Source: Minisyncoccia bacterium
GTDB taxonomy: Bacteria > Patescibacteriota > Minisyncoccia > Phycocordibacterales > UBA918
Direction of reading: 5' to 3'
DNA length: 64,000 nucleotides
Assembly: GCA_041750655.1 (NCBI GenBank)
Contig: JBGSYZ010000017.1
Location: 68,142-132,141 of the forward strand
Numbering within the stretch: position 1 is the stretch's first letter; each line of letters begins with the position of its first letter. This document shows positions 39,798-50,157 of the stretch, in pieces. The notes under the pieces are model-generated. The model saw only the letters and a program-made list of their open reading frames with translations. It had not been told where the DNA came from and did not search any database. The position numbers and the translations under genes are program-made.

Positions 39798-39847
39798 AAA
39801 ATGAAAATAGAAATTAGAGAAAATATGCAAAAGGTCGATTTTACAAC

Positions 39848-39888
39848 TGAAAAAAGAAAAAACGCCGCGGTAACAAGTACCGCGACGT
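39848..39888 (-). terminator. Intrinsic terminator of the antisense gene
   Basis: Minus strand ACGTCGCGGTA...TACCGCGGCGT followed by TTTTTCTTTTTT. Confidence 0.75.
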
Positions 39889-39899
39889 TCAGCATCATT

Positions 39900-40103
39900 T
39901 CAATCATCGGTGACGAATTTGAGGTTATCGTCAGTGAAACTGATTCCTCCCTCAATATCGAACACGAAACGCGTGGCGCCCTGTGGGGCAGTGCGTTCGT
40001 TGAGAAAGTCACCCTCAATCTGGGTGCGGACAGCCGTCTCGCCATCCAGAGGGTAGTTAGTGCCGCACGAAAGTGCGTCAACCTCAAGATCAATCACTAT
40101 CAT
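39900..40103 (-). CDS. 67-aa acidic hypothetical protein, antisense within the atp operon
   Basis: SD AAGGAG 7 nt before ATG 40103 (MIVIDLEVDALS...VTDD); own terminator immediately downstream. Confidence 0.65.
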   Translation of the reverse strand: MIVIDLEVDALSCGTNYPLDGETAVRTQIEGDFLNERTAPQGATRFVFDIEGGISFTDDNLKFVTDD

Positions 40104-40157
40104 GTTCAGTCTCCTTATGCTGTTCAATATAATACACTAAATTATTAAAAAGTCAAT

Positions 40158-41060
40158 ATGGCCCTCAAACAAGTCAAAAACAAAATAATCTCCACCAAAA
40201 AGACTGGTCAAGTGACCAAGGCGATGGAGTCTGTCTCGGCGGTGAAGATGCGTAAGAGCCAGGAGCGTGCCAAAGCTGGCCGGCCGTACGTGCACGCCGC
40301 TTTGCGTATTTTGGCCCAGCTTTCGTCTTCCCAAGAAGCGGCTAACCATCCGTTGGTTGTGAAAAGAACTGAGGGTAGGAAACTGGTAGTGATAGTGACG
40401 AGCGACAAAGGCTTGGCTGGGAGCGTCAACAGTGCGGTCTTAAAGAAAGTTGAGGAAACTTTTGCGAAAGAAAAGGACGTTGATACGATTTGTGTGGGTC
40501 GCAAGGCGGTGGAATTTGCCAAACGTGAGGGTAAGGCCGTGCTAGGTGAGTACACCAACGTATCTGACAATGTGACCATAGAAGACGTGTACGGCATTGT
40601 CAAAATAATCATGGGTGAATTTGAGAGTGGTAAGTACCAGGAAGTCGAAGTGGTCTATCAAAACTTCCTCTCAACCTTCGAACAAGAACCGACTAAGCGC
40701 ACAGTTCTTCCACTCGATCCAGCCGAAATTCATTACATTATGCGGGGTATCAAGCCAAAGGCAGGTAAAGGGAGCGATGACGTCGAGCCAGCAGACACGA
40801 AAGTAGTGTACACCATCGAACCATCAGCCGAGGAAGTACTCTCGTCACTCATTCCGCGCTTGGTGCAAATTATTATTTATCATGCACTATTGGAGAGTAA
40901 GGCCTCTGAACACTCAGCCCGGATGGTCGCCATGAAGAACGCTACCGATAAGAGTAAAGAGGTTATCAAGGCGTTGACCATTAAGTACAACAAAGCCCGT
41001 CAGGCAGCGATTACGGCGGAGGTGTCAGAAATTACCGCCGGAGTAGAAGCTATGAAGTAA
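40158..41060 (+). CDS. atpG: ATP synthase subunit gamma
   Basis: TSDKGLAG, ASEHSARMVAMKNAT, RQAAITAEVSEI. Confidence 0.97.
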   Translation: MALKQVKNKIISTKKTGQVTKAMESVSAVKMRKSQERAKAGRPYVHAALRILAQLSSSQEAANHPLVVKRTEGRKLVVIVTSDKGLAGSVNSAVLKKVEETFAKEKDVDTICVGRKAVEFAKREGKAVLGEYTNVSDNVTIEDVYGIVKIIMGEFESGKYQEVEVVYQNFLSTFEQEPTKRTVLPLDPAEIHYIMRGIKPKAGKGSDDVEPADTKVVYTIEPSAEEVLSSLIPRLVQIIIYHALLESKASEHSARMVAMKNATDKSKEVIKALTIKYNKARQAAITAEVSEITAGVEAMK

Positions 41061-41176
41061 AATTTTATGTCATCTACTTTGTTGCACAGCGCAAAATTTA
41101 ATTCACCGTACCACCAAGTACGGCTCATAAAATTTTACTTGCGCGCCGCGTATCTGACACAAACTTTTACTTCATA
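41051..41176. repeat. Long imperfect palindromic element (family II) overlapping the atpG stop codon
   Basis: TATGAAGTAAAA/TTTTACTTCATA perfect 12-bp outer arms; TGTCA/TGACA; AAAATTT/AAATTTT; CCGTAC/GTACGG. Confidence 0.8.
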
Positions 41177-41191
41177 AAATGAGATTGCAAT

Positions 41192-41458
41192 ATGTCTAAG
41201 TTAACTACAGCCATTTTAATAATTCTTTCACTTCCAAACATACTTTTGTATGCTTGGCTCGTCTCCGGTGAGATATATTTTGGTCTATTTTATTTCGTTT
41301 TATATTTGCCAGTAACTGGAGCAGTTATTTCTTTGCTCGCATTAAAATTTCTTAAACAGTGGCGTTCAGATAGATTTTTAAACAAGATTTTAATGGCTAT
41401 TATTTTGATTAATGTACCAAGTTTGTTGTTTGGTTTGTATATTGCTGCTGGCATGTAG
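41192..41458 (+). CDS. Three-TM hypothetical protein inserted between atpG and atpD
   Basis: 88-aa hydrophobic, AT-rich ORF. Confidence 0.65.
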   Translation: MSKLTTAILIILSLPNILLYAWLVSGEIYFGLFYFVLYLPVTGAVISLLALKFLKQWRSDRFLNKILMAIILINVPSLLFGLYIAAGM

Positions 41459-41539
41459 TACTTAGTCATCAGTCTCTAACGGAGATTGATGACTCGGTGG
41501 TACGAGTAAATTACAAATAACTAACTTACTAATAACTAA

Positions 41540-42958
<1,419 letters not shown>

Positions 42959-42966
42959 TCTAAGTA

Positions 42967-43233
42967 ATGAAAAAGATTGCGATCATACTTGTAACAGTTA
43001 TCGCTATTGTCGGCATGTGCAGGCTTGTGTACGTTTGGTACTTCGGCTCTAATTTTGAAAACCCCCACGCACCATATTGTGATTACACTCCTGGAGGAAT
43101 GTTTGGAGGACTTAAAGAGAGTAGACAAGAGTGTTCCTGTTTTGGGTCTAAAGAAGAAGTGCCCCGTATACCAGATGGTCCAAGAGTGACATTATGTAAA
43201 GGTTTGATTATCGATGTAAGAACACTTGAATAA
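42967..43233 (+). CDS. Cys-rich membrane-anchored hypothetical protein between atpD and atpC
   Basis: N-terminal TM; C...CSCFG...DG...LCKG. Confidence 0.65.
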   Translation: MKKIAIILVTVIAIVGMCRLVYVWYFGSNFENPHAPYCDYTPGGMFGGLKESRQECSCFGSKEEVPRIPDGPRVTLCKGLIIDVRTLE

Positions 43234-43245
43234 GATAAATTAAGT

Positions 43246-43494
43246 ATGGCGGAAAAATTATTAAAACTAACAGTATCAAAAGTAGATGCACCCGTTTTTG
43301 ATGGGGAAGTTATTTCGGTGCACGTACCGGGCGTAGATGGGGAGATGGAGATTCTTGCTTATCACCAGGCACTCATTTCGCCCTTGAAAGCCGGTACGCT
43401 TACCATCAAAAAAGTCGATGGTAGTAAGGAGGAACATGAAATAGAATCTGGAACGCTCGAAATTAGCCATAACCACGCGACGATTTTGATTTAG
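43246..43494 (+). CDS. atpC: ATP synthase subunit epsilon (N-terminal beta-sandwich only)
   Basis: PGVDGEMEILAYHQALIS; lacks the C-terminal helices. Confidence 0.92.
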   Translation: MAEKLLKLTVSKVDAPVFDGEVISVHVPGVDGEMEILAYHQALISPLKAGTLTIKKVDGSKEEHEIESGTLEISHNHATILI

Positions 43495-43503
43495 ACTGTG
43501 CAC

Positions 43504-43533
43504 AAAGCGGCGGCCCGAAGGGCCGCCGCTTTT
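43504..43533 (+). terminator. atp operon terminator
   Basis: AAAGCGGCGGCCC-GAA-GGGCCGCCGCTTTT. Confidence 0.85.
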
Positions 43534-43549
43534 GCTATAGTTATTCTAT

Positions 43550-44047
43550 ATGGAACAAATAATCTTTGATTTGGCAGTAGTTTTTCAAGCGAGCGCTATT
43601 GCTTTAGGAGTTGGTTCGTCAACATTGGCCATTACAAATTTTTTAGTGGCTATTTTTGATGGAAAAATTGATGAAGGAGAACGAAGAATAATGGGAGTAA
43701 CGTATCACATGTTGCGTTTTGCTATGTACGGTATAGCTGTGTCTACAGCATTGATTTATTGGTTTGATCCAAATTTTATGGGGCCAATCAATGCGTATAT
43801 GGCTCTGTTAGTGGTTGTGTTATTTGCTAACGCATACTTAATGACCAAACATATAATGCCAAGTAAAGTCGGGCCGGCGCTTCAGGCGGCCACTTGGTAC
43901 ACACTTGGTTTTTTGATGAGCCTCTTTGTTTTTAAATTAATGAACATCACCCCAACCACATTTTTGATTTTGTACGCTGCTGATATAGCAGTGGCTTTGA
44001 TAGTGGTCAATGGGTATTTAAAATTTTTACAGAGCAAGAAACAATAG
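43550..44047 (+). CDS. Multi-TM hypothetical membrane protein
   Basis: About five hydrophobic segments; LGVGSST motif. Confidence 0.75.
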   Translation: MEQIIFDLAVVFQASAIALGVGSSTLAITNFLVAIFDGKIDEGERRIMGVTYHMLRFAMYGIAVSTALIYWFDPNFMGPINAYMALLVVVLFANAYLMTKHIMPSKVGPALQAATWYTLGFLMSLFVFKLMNITPTTFLILYAADIAVALIVVNGYLKFLQSKKQ

Positions 44048-44048
44048 T

Positions 44049-44168
44049 ATGCACAAATTTATAATCCTGTTTGTAGCACTGACACTTATTGCCGCTCTGT
44101 TCATCTTAGTCACCAAAAGTCGTGAAAGTGTACAATTTGTAGAGCCAACCGTAAATCAAAATTTATAA
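44049..44168 (+). CDS. 39-aa single-TM peptide
   Basis: Manual translation MHKFIILFVALTLIAALFILVTKSRESVQFVEPTVNQNL; starts 1 nt after the previous stop. Confidence 0.5.
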   Translation: MHKFIILFVALTLIAALFILVTKSRESVQFVEPTVNQNL

Positions 44169-44225
44169 ACATTTTTCGTTTCGTTCTTCAAGTTTAAACA
44201 ACGTTTCGTTGTATAATCATTACAA

Positions 44226-46562
44226 ATGAGTGAAGTTATTTCAAAGTTCTTACGCGCCGCTGATTATTTATCAGCCGCCCAAATTTATTTGCAAGGCAAC
44301 TATCTATTAGAGGAGCCGCTTAAGCCTGAGCACATTAAAGCTCGTTTGCTCGGCCACTGGGGGACTTGCCCTGGTATCAATTTCGTCTACGCTCACATGA
44401 ATCGGGCTATTATCGCGCACCAATTTGATGCGCTTTTTGTGCTTGGTCCTGGTCATGGCTTTCCGGCTATTCAAGCTAATCTTTTCCTCGAAGGTACGTT
44501 TTCCAAATACTATCCAGAAGTACCACGCAACGCTGAGGGGATGGCATACATGATGAAGCAGTTTAGCTGGCCGTATGGTTTTCCAAGTCACAGCAACCCG
44601 ACCGCGCCAGGGGTTATCTTGGAAGGTGGTGAGCTTGGATATTCACTCTCGACCGCCTATGGTGCGATTTTAGATAATCCCAACCTCATTATTCCGTGTT
44701 TGGTCGGTGATGGTGAAGCTGAGACCGGACCAACAGCGACTGCGTGGCACTTGAATAAACTCATCGACCCAGGCACCAACGGAGCGGTGTTGCCGATTCT
44801 TCATCTCAATGGCTACAAGATTTCTGGCCCAACTTTCTTTGGTCGCATGAGTGACCAAGAACTCACTGATCTTTTCCGTGGGTATGGGTATGAACCACAT
44901 ATCGTTGATGCGTATGTAGAAGAAGACATTCATGGTCGGATGATGACGGTACTCGATGACGCAATTGAATCTATTCGCTTTACTCAACACTGCGCCCGAG
45001 AAATGACCCTTCATGAAAATCCTCGTTTTCCAATGATTATTCTTCGAACTCCAAAAGGTTGGGGTGGTGTTAAAGAGCTTGATGGTAAAAAATTGGAAGG
45101 AAATAATTTCTCTCACCAAGTCATAGCTGAACTAGCCAAAACCAATCCGGAACACCTCGCCGCCTTAGAAAATTGGTTGCGTTCATACAAATTTGAAGAA
45201 TTATTTGATGGCGAAAAGTTTGATGATGATATCGAATCACTTATCCCAAATCCAGAACATCGCATGGGAGACAGCAAGCATGCGCATGGTGCGCAGTACA
45301 AACCGCTTTCGTTACCAGAGCCAAAAGACTATGCCTGTACCAAGACCTGCCGTGCCGATGGTGGTTGTGGTGATCTGTCGAGCATGGAAACCATTGGTAA
45401 CTACACTCGCGACACCATGAAGCAAAACATGGACAATAAAAACTTTCGTCTCATGTCGCCGGATGAAACTTATTCCAACAAACTCCAAGCTATCTTTGAA
45501 GTAACCTCTCGAGCTTTTGTGTGGCCACATCAAGATTGGGATAAAGATATGTCCTGGGATGGACGCGTAATGGAAATGTTGTCTGAGCACAGTTTGCAAG
45601 GTTTAATGCAAGGGTACGTGCTGACTGGTCGCCACGCTATTTTTGCTTCGTATGAAGCGTTTGTGCAGATTGTCGGTTCAATGGCTGACCAGTATGCCAA
45701 GTTCCTCGGTAAAGCCCGAGAAGTAGAGTGGCGCGGTGATGTACCTAGTCTCAACTACATCCTTACTTCTTCTGGCTGGCGTCAGGAGCATAACGGTTTC
45801 TCACACCAGAATCCTGGTTTTATTGACGAAATGTTGCAAAGACAAGGTTGTTTTGTGAATGTTTATTTCCCTCCAGATGCCAACTCTTCAGTTGCGGTTA
45901 TCAATCGGTGTCTGGCTTCTACTAATGAAATGAACGTGATTGTCGTTGGTAAGCGACCAATGCCGTGTTGGCGCACACTCGAGGAAGCTGAGCGAGACAT
46001 CACCGAGGGATTGATGATTTGGGATTTTGCAAGTGAAGATGATCCACACATGGTCTTTTCAGCGGTCGGAGATTACCTCACCAGAGAGACATTAGCGGCT
46101 GTGTCAATTCTGCGTGAAGAGGTCCCCGAGCTCCGTACACGATTTGTAAACATTAGTTCGCTTTCTGCATTGGGTATGGGTCACTCTGGTTGCAGTGTGT
46201 TGGCGCACGATATGAATTACTACTTTACTCCAGACAAACCGGTGCTTATAAACTTCCACGGGTATCCACAAACCATGAAGCAAGTATTGTTCGACTATGG
46301 TTGTGATTCATCTCGTTTTGATATCCGTGGCTACGAGGAACACGGCTCAACCACTACCGCTTTTGATATGCAGGTTCGCAATCGCACTGACCGTTTCCAT
46401 CTAGTGATGGCTGGTATTGAAGCCGCTGAGAGTCAGGGAATCATTAGTAAAGAAAAGCGAGATGAACTCATTACCAAATTTGAAGAAAAGTTGGCACTCC
46501 ACAAGGCGTATATCATTGAATATGGTGATGACCCTAAAGAAATCACTGATTGGGTATGGTAA
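44226..46562 (+). CDS. xfp: Phosphoketolase (XFP family)
   Basis: RLLGHWGTCPG, EGGELGYSL, VGDGEAETGP, QEHNGFSHQNPG. Confidence 0.96.
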   Translation: MSEVISKFLRAADYLSAAQIYLQGNYLLEEPLKPEHIKARLLGHWGTCPGINFVYAHMNRAIIAHQFDALFVLGPGHGFPAIQANLFLEGTFSKYYPEVPRNAEGMAYMMKQFSWPYGFPSHSNPTAPGVILEGGELGYSLSTAYGAILDNPNLIIPCLVGDGEAETGPTATAWHLNKLIDPGTNGAVLPILHLNGYKISGPTFFGRMSDQELTDLFRGYGYEPHIVDAYVEEDIHGRMMTVLDDAIESIRFTQHCAREMTLHENPRFPMIILRTPKGWGGVKELDGKKLEGNNFSHQVIAELAKTNPEHLAALENWLRSYKFEELFDGEKFDDDIESLIPNPEHRMGDSKHAHGAQYKPLSLPEPKDYACTKTCRADGGCGDLSSMETIGNYTRDTMKQNMDNKNFRLMSPDETYSNKLQAIFEVTSRAFVWPHQDWDKDMSWDGRVMEMLSEHSLQGLMQGYVLTGRHAIFASYEAFVQIVGSMADQYAKFLGKAREVEWRGDVPSLNYILTSSGWRQEHNGFSHQNPGFIDEMLQRQGCFVNVYFPPDANSSVAVINRCLASTNEMNVIVVGKRPMPCWRTLEEAERDITEGLMIWDFASEDDPHMVFSAVGDYLTRETLAAVSILREEVPELRTRFVNISSLSALGMGHSGCSVLAHDMNYYFTPDKPVLINFHGYPQTMKQVLFDYGCDSSRFDIRGYEEHGSTTTAFDMQVRNRTDRFHLVMAGIEAAESQGIISKEKRDELITKFEEKLALHKAYIIEYGDDPKEITDWVW

Positions 46563-47716
46563 CGCTGGTCGTTAATCCTGGTTCGTCTTCTAAAAAATAC
46601 GCTTTTTATAGAAACGGACAGAAAGTACTTGTTATTCGCTTTGAAAAAACTGGCGAGGGGTTTGGTCGGTGTGTAAGTGTGAATGGTAAGGAGCAACACT
46701 GCGATACGGTTAGTGTGCATATGTACCGCGAAGCGTTGCACGAAGTTTTAAATATTGCCAAGCAAGAAAAAGTAGTACATTCACTCGCTGAGCTTACTCG
46801 TGTAGCGTTACGGATTGTGGCACCGGGGTCGTACTTCCAAACGCACCGTAAAATTGACGAAAAATTCATTGGTAAGTTGTTGCGAGTAGAATCTATACTG
46901 CCGCTACACATTCCACCAGTCTTAGAAGAAATAACTTCAGTCAACAAGTTACTACCAAAAGCTCTGTTGGTTGGGGTTTCTGACAGTGCGTTTCATAGCA
47001 CCATACCAAGTGTGCATGCCAAATATAGTTTGCGTGATGCTGAGAGTCTCGAAGTGCGACGCTATGGCTATCATGGCTTATCGGTGGCTTCTATTATCGG
47101 CAAACTACCAGGAGTTTTAGGAAATGTGCCTGAGAAAACAGTGGTGGCTCATATCGGCAGCGGAGTAAGTGTTACTGCCCTTAAAGAGGGTAAAAGTATA
47201 TATAACTCTATGGGCTACACACCAGCTAGTGGCGTTATGATGGGATCGCGAGCGGGGGATATGGATCCAGGGGCTCTCATCGAGGTGCTTAATAAAACCG
47301 AGACAAAACTATCTGGCGGTCATCGCTATATACAGAGCAATGGCGGTTTTGCTGGTTTGCTTGGTGTTTCAGATTTGCGCACAGTGCTGGCTCGAGAACA
47401 ACAAGGGGACCTGGCAGCGATTGAGGCTATGGCAATATTTATCTTTAATATCCAAAGTCAGATAGCGATAGCCGCTGCAGCACTTGGTGGTGTTGATGCT
47501 TTAATCCTGTCCGCTACAGCCATGGAACGAAACCCAGATTTACGCAAAAAAGTTGTAGCTGGTCTAGAGTTCTTAGGAATCAACTTAGATGAAAAGTGTA
47601 ACGAATCGTTAATGAATAGAGCGGGAATTATTTCAGCCAAAGACAGTCGTGTCGCACTAGCTTTAGTGCCGACCGATGAAATGGGGGAGATGGCCAGGGT
47701 AAGTGAAGGTATTTAA
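46556..47716 (+). CDS. ackA: Acetate kinase
   Basis: VNPGSSSKK, DSAFH, RRYGYHGLS, HIGSGVS, SRAGDMDPG, PTDE. Confidence 0.92.
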   Translation: MVTLVVNPGSSSKKYAFYRNGQKVLVIRFEKTGEGFGRCVSVNGKEQHCDTVSVHMYREALHEVLNIAKQEKVVHSLAELTRVALRIVAPGSYFQTHRKIDEKFIGKLLRVESILPLHIPPVLEEITSVNKLLPKALLVGVSDSAFHSTIPSVHAKYSLRDAESLEVRRYGYHGLSVASIIGKLPGVLGNVPEKTVVAHIGSGVSVTALKEGKSIYNSMGYTPASGVMMGSRAGDMDPGALIEVLNKTETKLSGGHRYIQSNGGFAGLLGVSDLRTVLAREQQGDLAAIEAMAIFIFNIQSQIAIAAAALGGVDALILSATAMERNPDLRKKVVAGLEFLGINLDEKCNESLMNRAGIISAKDSRVALALVPTDEMGEMARVSEGI

Positions 47717-47728
47717 ATCATTTAACAA

Positions 47729-48334
47729 TTAATAGGTGTCTTCGATTGGTACCTCACAGGTTAGACCACACGCTTCGGGCGGCGGTGTGCCGCGCTCGGG
47801 GCAGGTACCGGTATAGATACACGCTTCGTCGGTCACGTCATTCTCGTATTCTGAAATGTTTGGCGAATTTTTGTCTCCGTAATACAGAAGCACTCGATCC
47901 GCTTCTTGATTAATGTAATCAGCAATAGGTGAGAATTTTTCACCATTTACATACAAGGTTAATTCTTTAGTTTCATTGGCACAGTATTCTTCACCAGTGT
48001 CTAGTGTTAAACAATCATTATTGATTTTAAATCCAATCGAACGCAGTAGGTCACCGAGAGTTAAACCCTCCGCATGGCGATGAATGATGTTACCTTGATT
48101 ATCGTGAAGATGAAGGTTGGCCAGTTTTACGTCATTAGCTGTAGACTGGTATTTGTCTTGAGTTAAATCAACCTTTTTTCCATCCACCATTATTAAGAAA
48201 TCTGAGTGTACGTGAACTTCTCCTATGTGTTCATGGTCGTCGTGGTCGTGCGTTTCTGGGGTGGTAACCATAAAAAATATGCGCATAGCAATTGCGCCCA
48301 CAATAACACCTAAAATCAAAGCTTTCTTATTCAT
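47729..48334 (-). CDS. Membrane-anchored His/Cys-rich hypothetical protein
   Basis: TM, HDHDDHEH, HVHSDF, HLHD, IHRH; Cys-rich C-terminus. Confidence 0.75.
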   Translation of the reverse strand: MNKKALILGVIVGAIAMRIFFMVTTPETHDHDDHEHIGEVHVHSDFLIMVDGKKVDLTQDKYQSTANDVKLANLHLHDNQGNIIHRHAEGLTLGDLLRSIGFKINNDCLTLDTGEEYCANETKELTLYVNGEKFSPIADYINQEADRVLLYYGDKNSPNISEYENDVTDEACIYTGTCPERGTPPPEACGLTCEVPIEDTY

Positions 48335-48373
48335 AGTTTTGGCAGTATACCACCAAATAATCAAATTTATGTA

Positions 48374-48401
48374 TTGAATCTCTTGAAAAAATCTGTACAA
48401 T
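48374..48401 (+). promoter_or_regulatory. Putative sigma-70 promoter of the tRNA-Asn array
   Basis: TTGAAT-N16-TACAAT. Confidence 0.55.
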
Positions 48402-48437
48402 GTCCCCACGTCTATGACTATTCATAGACACACAAAA

Positions 48438-48816
48438 AAATACATTCCGGCGTAGCTCAGCGGAGTAAAAGTAAACAGTTTTACTTTTAATCTGGTCACG
48501 AGCGATAGTCGAGTGATTGGCCGATGTTTGGTCGCAAATAAGGTCAAAAGTGGGAGAGTGTACTCTACCGCTAAATGTGTTGATATATTTAACATAAACT
48601 GCGAATAGAGGTCACATTACAATAAAATACATTCCGGCGTAGCTCAGCGGTAGAGTGAGAAAGTCTTAAGACACTTTCGCAAGACTTTGACTACTATTTT
48701 TACGAAAAGAAAAATAGTGACAAAGTGGACAGCTTCTGTAAGAAGGTTGACGTAGGCAACTGCGTAAACTACAGATTAGTCCGAAATTCTATTGATGACT
48801 ATTTTTGGAAATACAT
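48438..48816 (+). repeat. Two tandem duplicates of the tRNA-Asn leader + 5' end, each followed by a structured spacer
   Basis: AAATACATTCCGGCGTAGCTCAGCGG at 48438, 48625 and 48809 (periods 187 and 184 nt). Confidence 0.95.
48656..48748 (+). mobile_element. Structured element family I, copy E3
   Basis: GAAAGT/ACTTTC; ACTTTG...CAAAGT with ACTATTTTT/AAAAATAGT core; GGAC; CTTC-TGTAA-GAAG. Confidence 0.75.
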
Positions 48817-48888
48817 TCCGGCGTAGCTCAGCGGTAGAGCAGTTGACTGTTAATCAATTGGTCGTAGGTTCGAATCCTACCGCCGGAG
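48817..48888 (+). tRNA. tRNA-Asn (GTT), CCA not encoded
   Basis: Full cloverleaf: TCCGGCG/CGCCGGA acceptor, GCTC/GAGC D-arm, GTTGA-CTGTTAA-TCAAT anticodon arm, GTAGG-TTCGAAT-CCTAC T-arm. Confidence 0.98.
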
Positions 48889-49057
48889 CATCCAACAAAA
48901 AAGACCCGAAAGGGTCTTTTTTGTTGTCGATGCTCCGAGCGAGAAAGGTGTGGGACACCTTTCGGGTAGGATTCGAAGACCTTGCTTAGTATTTTTGTAA
49001 AAAATACTGACAAGGTGTACCGTTCATGTAATGAAAGAAACTCCTACCGCCGGAGCA
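48889..49057 (+). mobile_element. 3' unit A: family I element (E4) ending in a duplicate of the tRNA 3' end
   Basis: GAAAGGTGT/ACACCTTTC; GGTAGGATTCGAA (antisense to the T-arm); ACCTTG...CAAGGT; GTAC; TTCA-TGTAA-TGAA; TCCTACCGCCGGAGCA at 49042-49057. Confidence 0.8.
48893..48926 (+). terminator. Intrinsic terminator after the tRNA
   Basis: CAACAAAAAAGACCC-GAAA-GGGTCTTTTTTGTTG. Confidence 0.85.
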
Positions 49058-49150
49058 CTGAAAATCCTTTTTTTTGGTATTTTTCTAATTTTTGACTTTC
49101 TAGGCACTCTTAGGTACGTTACTAAGAGATGATTCACTTGGGAGAAAACA

Positions 49151-49441
49151 ATGAAAGAGGACACTCCTGCGCAGGACGAAGTTAACTTCCTGAATGCTGA
49201 ATACAAAACGTACATCGAAAGGGAGAAATCGACCTGGCTCTCTGAAAATCGAATCGATTCGAGAGATGTGTACGAAGTAATGAGTCCTGAAGACCAGAAA
49301 AAAGTGCACTGACGCATGGAGCAAGCAAACCACCATATATCAAGTCTTGCGGAGGCGTGGTGGAAAGAACGTGGATTTGGAATCGTCTGGCCTGACGATA
49401 ATTCAGAACCAATGAAGGTTTATAAACTAAAAGCAGTCTAA
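49151..49441 (+). pseudogene. 96-codon ORF interrupted by one in-frame TGA
   Basis: SD GGGAG; MKEDTPAQDEV...QKKVH*RMEQANHHISSLAEAWWKERGFGIVWPDD...KAV; TGA at 49310-49312. Confidence 0.65.
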
Positions 49442-49621
49442 TACAAAATGGTGACTGCTGACTAAAGCTTCCTTTCGCAAGATTGGCGGCTTTTCTTTTT
49501 ACTCAACAAAAAAAGTTCGAACATCATCCCATAAGCGGAGCCAGTAAAAATAGCCCACAAACAGTGGTTATTTTTATGCCCCTTCGTGGACATTAGAACC
49601 TTCTCTGACCTCAAGCCAAGG

Positions 49622-49840
49622 TTACTTCTTTTTATGATGTTTGTATTCAACGCTCCACACCAGATTTGGTTTTACTTCCGCTATAGCGGGCAATAGATGG
49701 TTGAGAAGCTGTTCAGCTGTCATCCGAAACTTTTTACCTTTTGCGGAAATCTTGACCCATCCCTCCTCATCACGAAAGTAAGTTTCGGTGAAGTTTTTAG
49801 TCCCCATCGAGATTATGTAGCTGTCATTTGTTAGTTTCAT
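49622..49840 (-). CDS. Hypothetical protein
   Basis: 72-aa ORF with protein-like composition (MTAEQLLNHLLPAIA). Confidence 0.65.
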   Translation of the reverse strand: MKLTNDSYIISMGTKNFTETYFRDEEGWVKISAKGKKFRMTAEQLLNHLLPAIAEVKPNLVWSVEYKHHKKK

Positions 49841-49919
49841 ATAGGAATATCATATCAAAAGTTAGGTATAAAAATGTTGGGATTATTTTGAAAATAGGTT
49901 CTAACGTCGTTCACTAGGT

Positions 49920-50083
49920 GGAGCATCAGTTTCCAAAACCCCAACACGATTGAGTGTTGGGGTTTTGTGATACTGACTCTGAGGACGGATTCGAAAAGGT
50001 TGACTGATATTTTACGACTGGAAGGAGTAAAAATATCGACAACCTGTACTGAAGCAGTAGGCTTCGAATCCTACCGCCGGAGC
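49920..50083 (+). mobile_element. 3' unit B1 (family I, E5) ending in the tRNA-Asn 3' end
   Basis: 164 nt; GGAGCATC start, terminator-like hairpin, GGATTCGAA, AGGTTG...CAACCT, GTAC, hairpin, TTCGAATCCTACCGCCGGAGC. Confidence 0.85.
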
Positions 50084-50088
50084 ACTAC

Positions 50089-50114
50089 TTGACATAGTAA
50101 TATTACTGTGTCAA
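50089..50114. promoter_or_regulatory. 26-bp near-perfect palindrome containing TTGACA
   Basis: TTGACATAGTAATATTACTGTGTCAA (one mismatch), upstream of a cargo gene. Confidence 0.6.
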
Positions 50115-50157
50115 TATCTTGCTTGGACAATCCCGTCCTTTTAGAAGGAGGTGCTGT

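Noticed and set aside
39801-40148. Plus-strand 115-aa ORF between atpA and atpG
   Set aside because: Runs through a minus-strand terminator; the minus-strand ORF has SD and terminator support.
41106-41128. Group II intron domain V (minus strand GAGCCGTAC...GTACGGT)
   Set aside because: Too short, lacks the bulge and GNRA-capped upper stem, and no other intron domains or RT are present.
48438-48834. CRISPR array (26-nt repeats at regular spacing)
   Set aside because: Repeats are the tRNA leader/5' end, spacers are about 160 nt and structured, and no cas genes are present.
48446-49057. Split or intron-containing tRNA genes
   Set aside because: The extra 5' and 3' copies lack anticodon arms and a complete uninterrupted tRNA-Asn is present; I saw no group I core or BHB motif.
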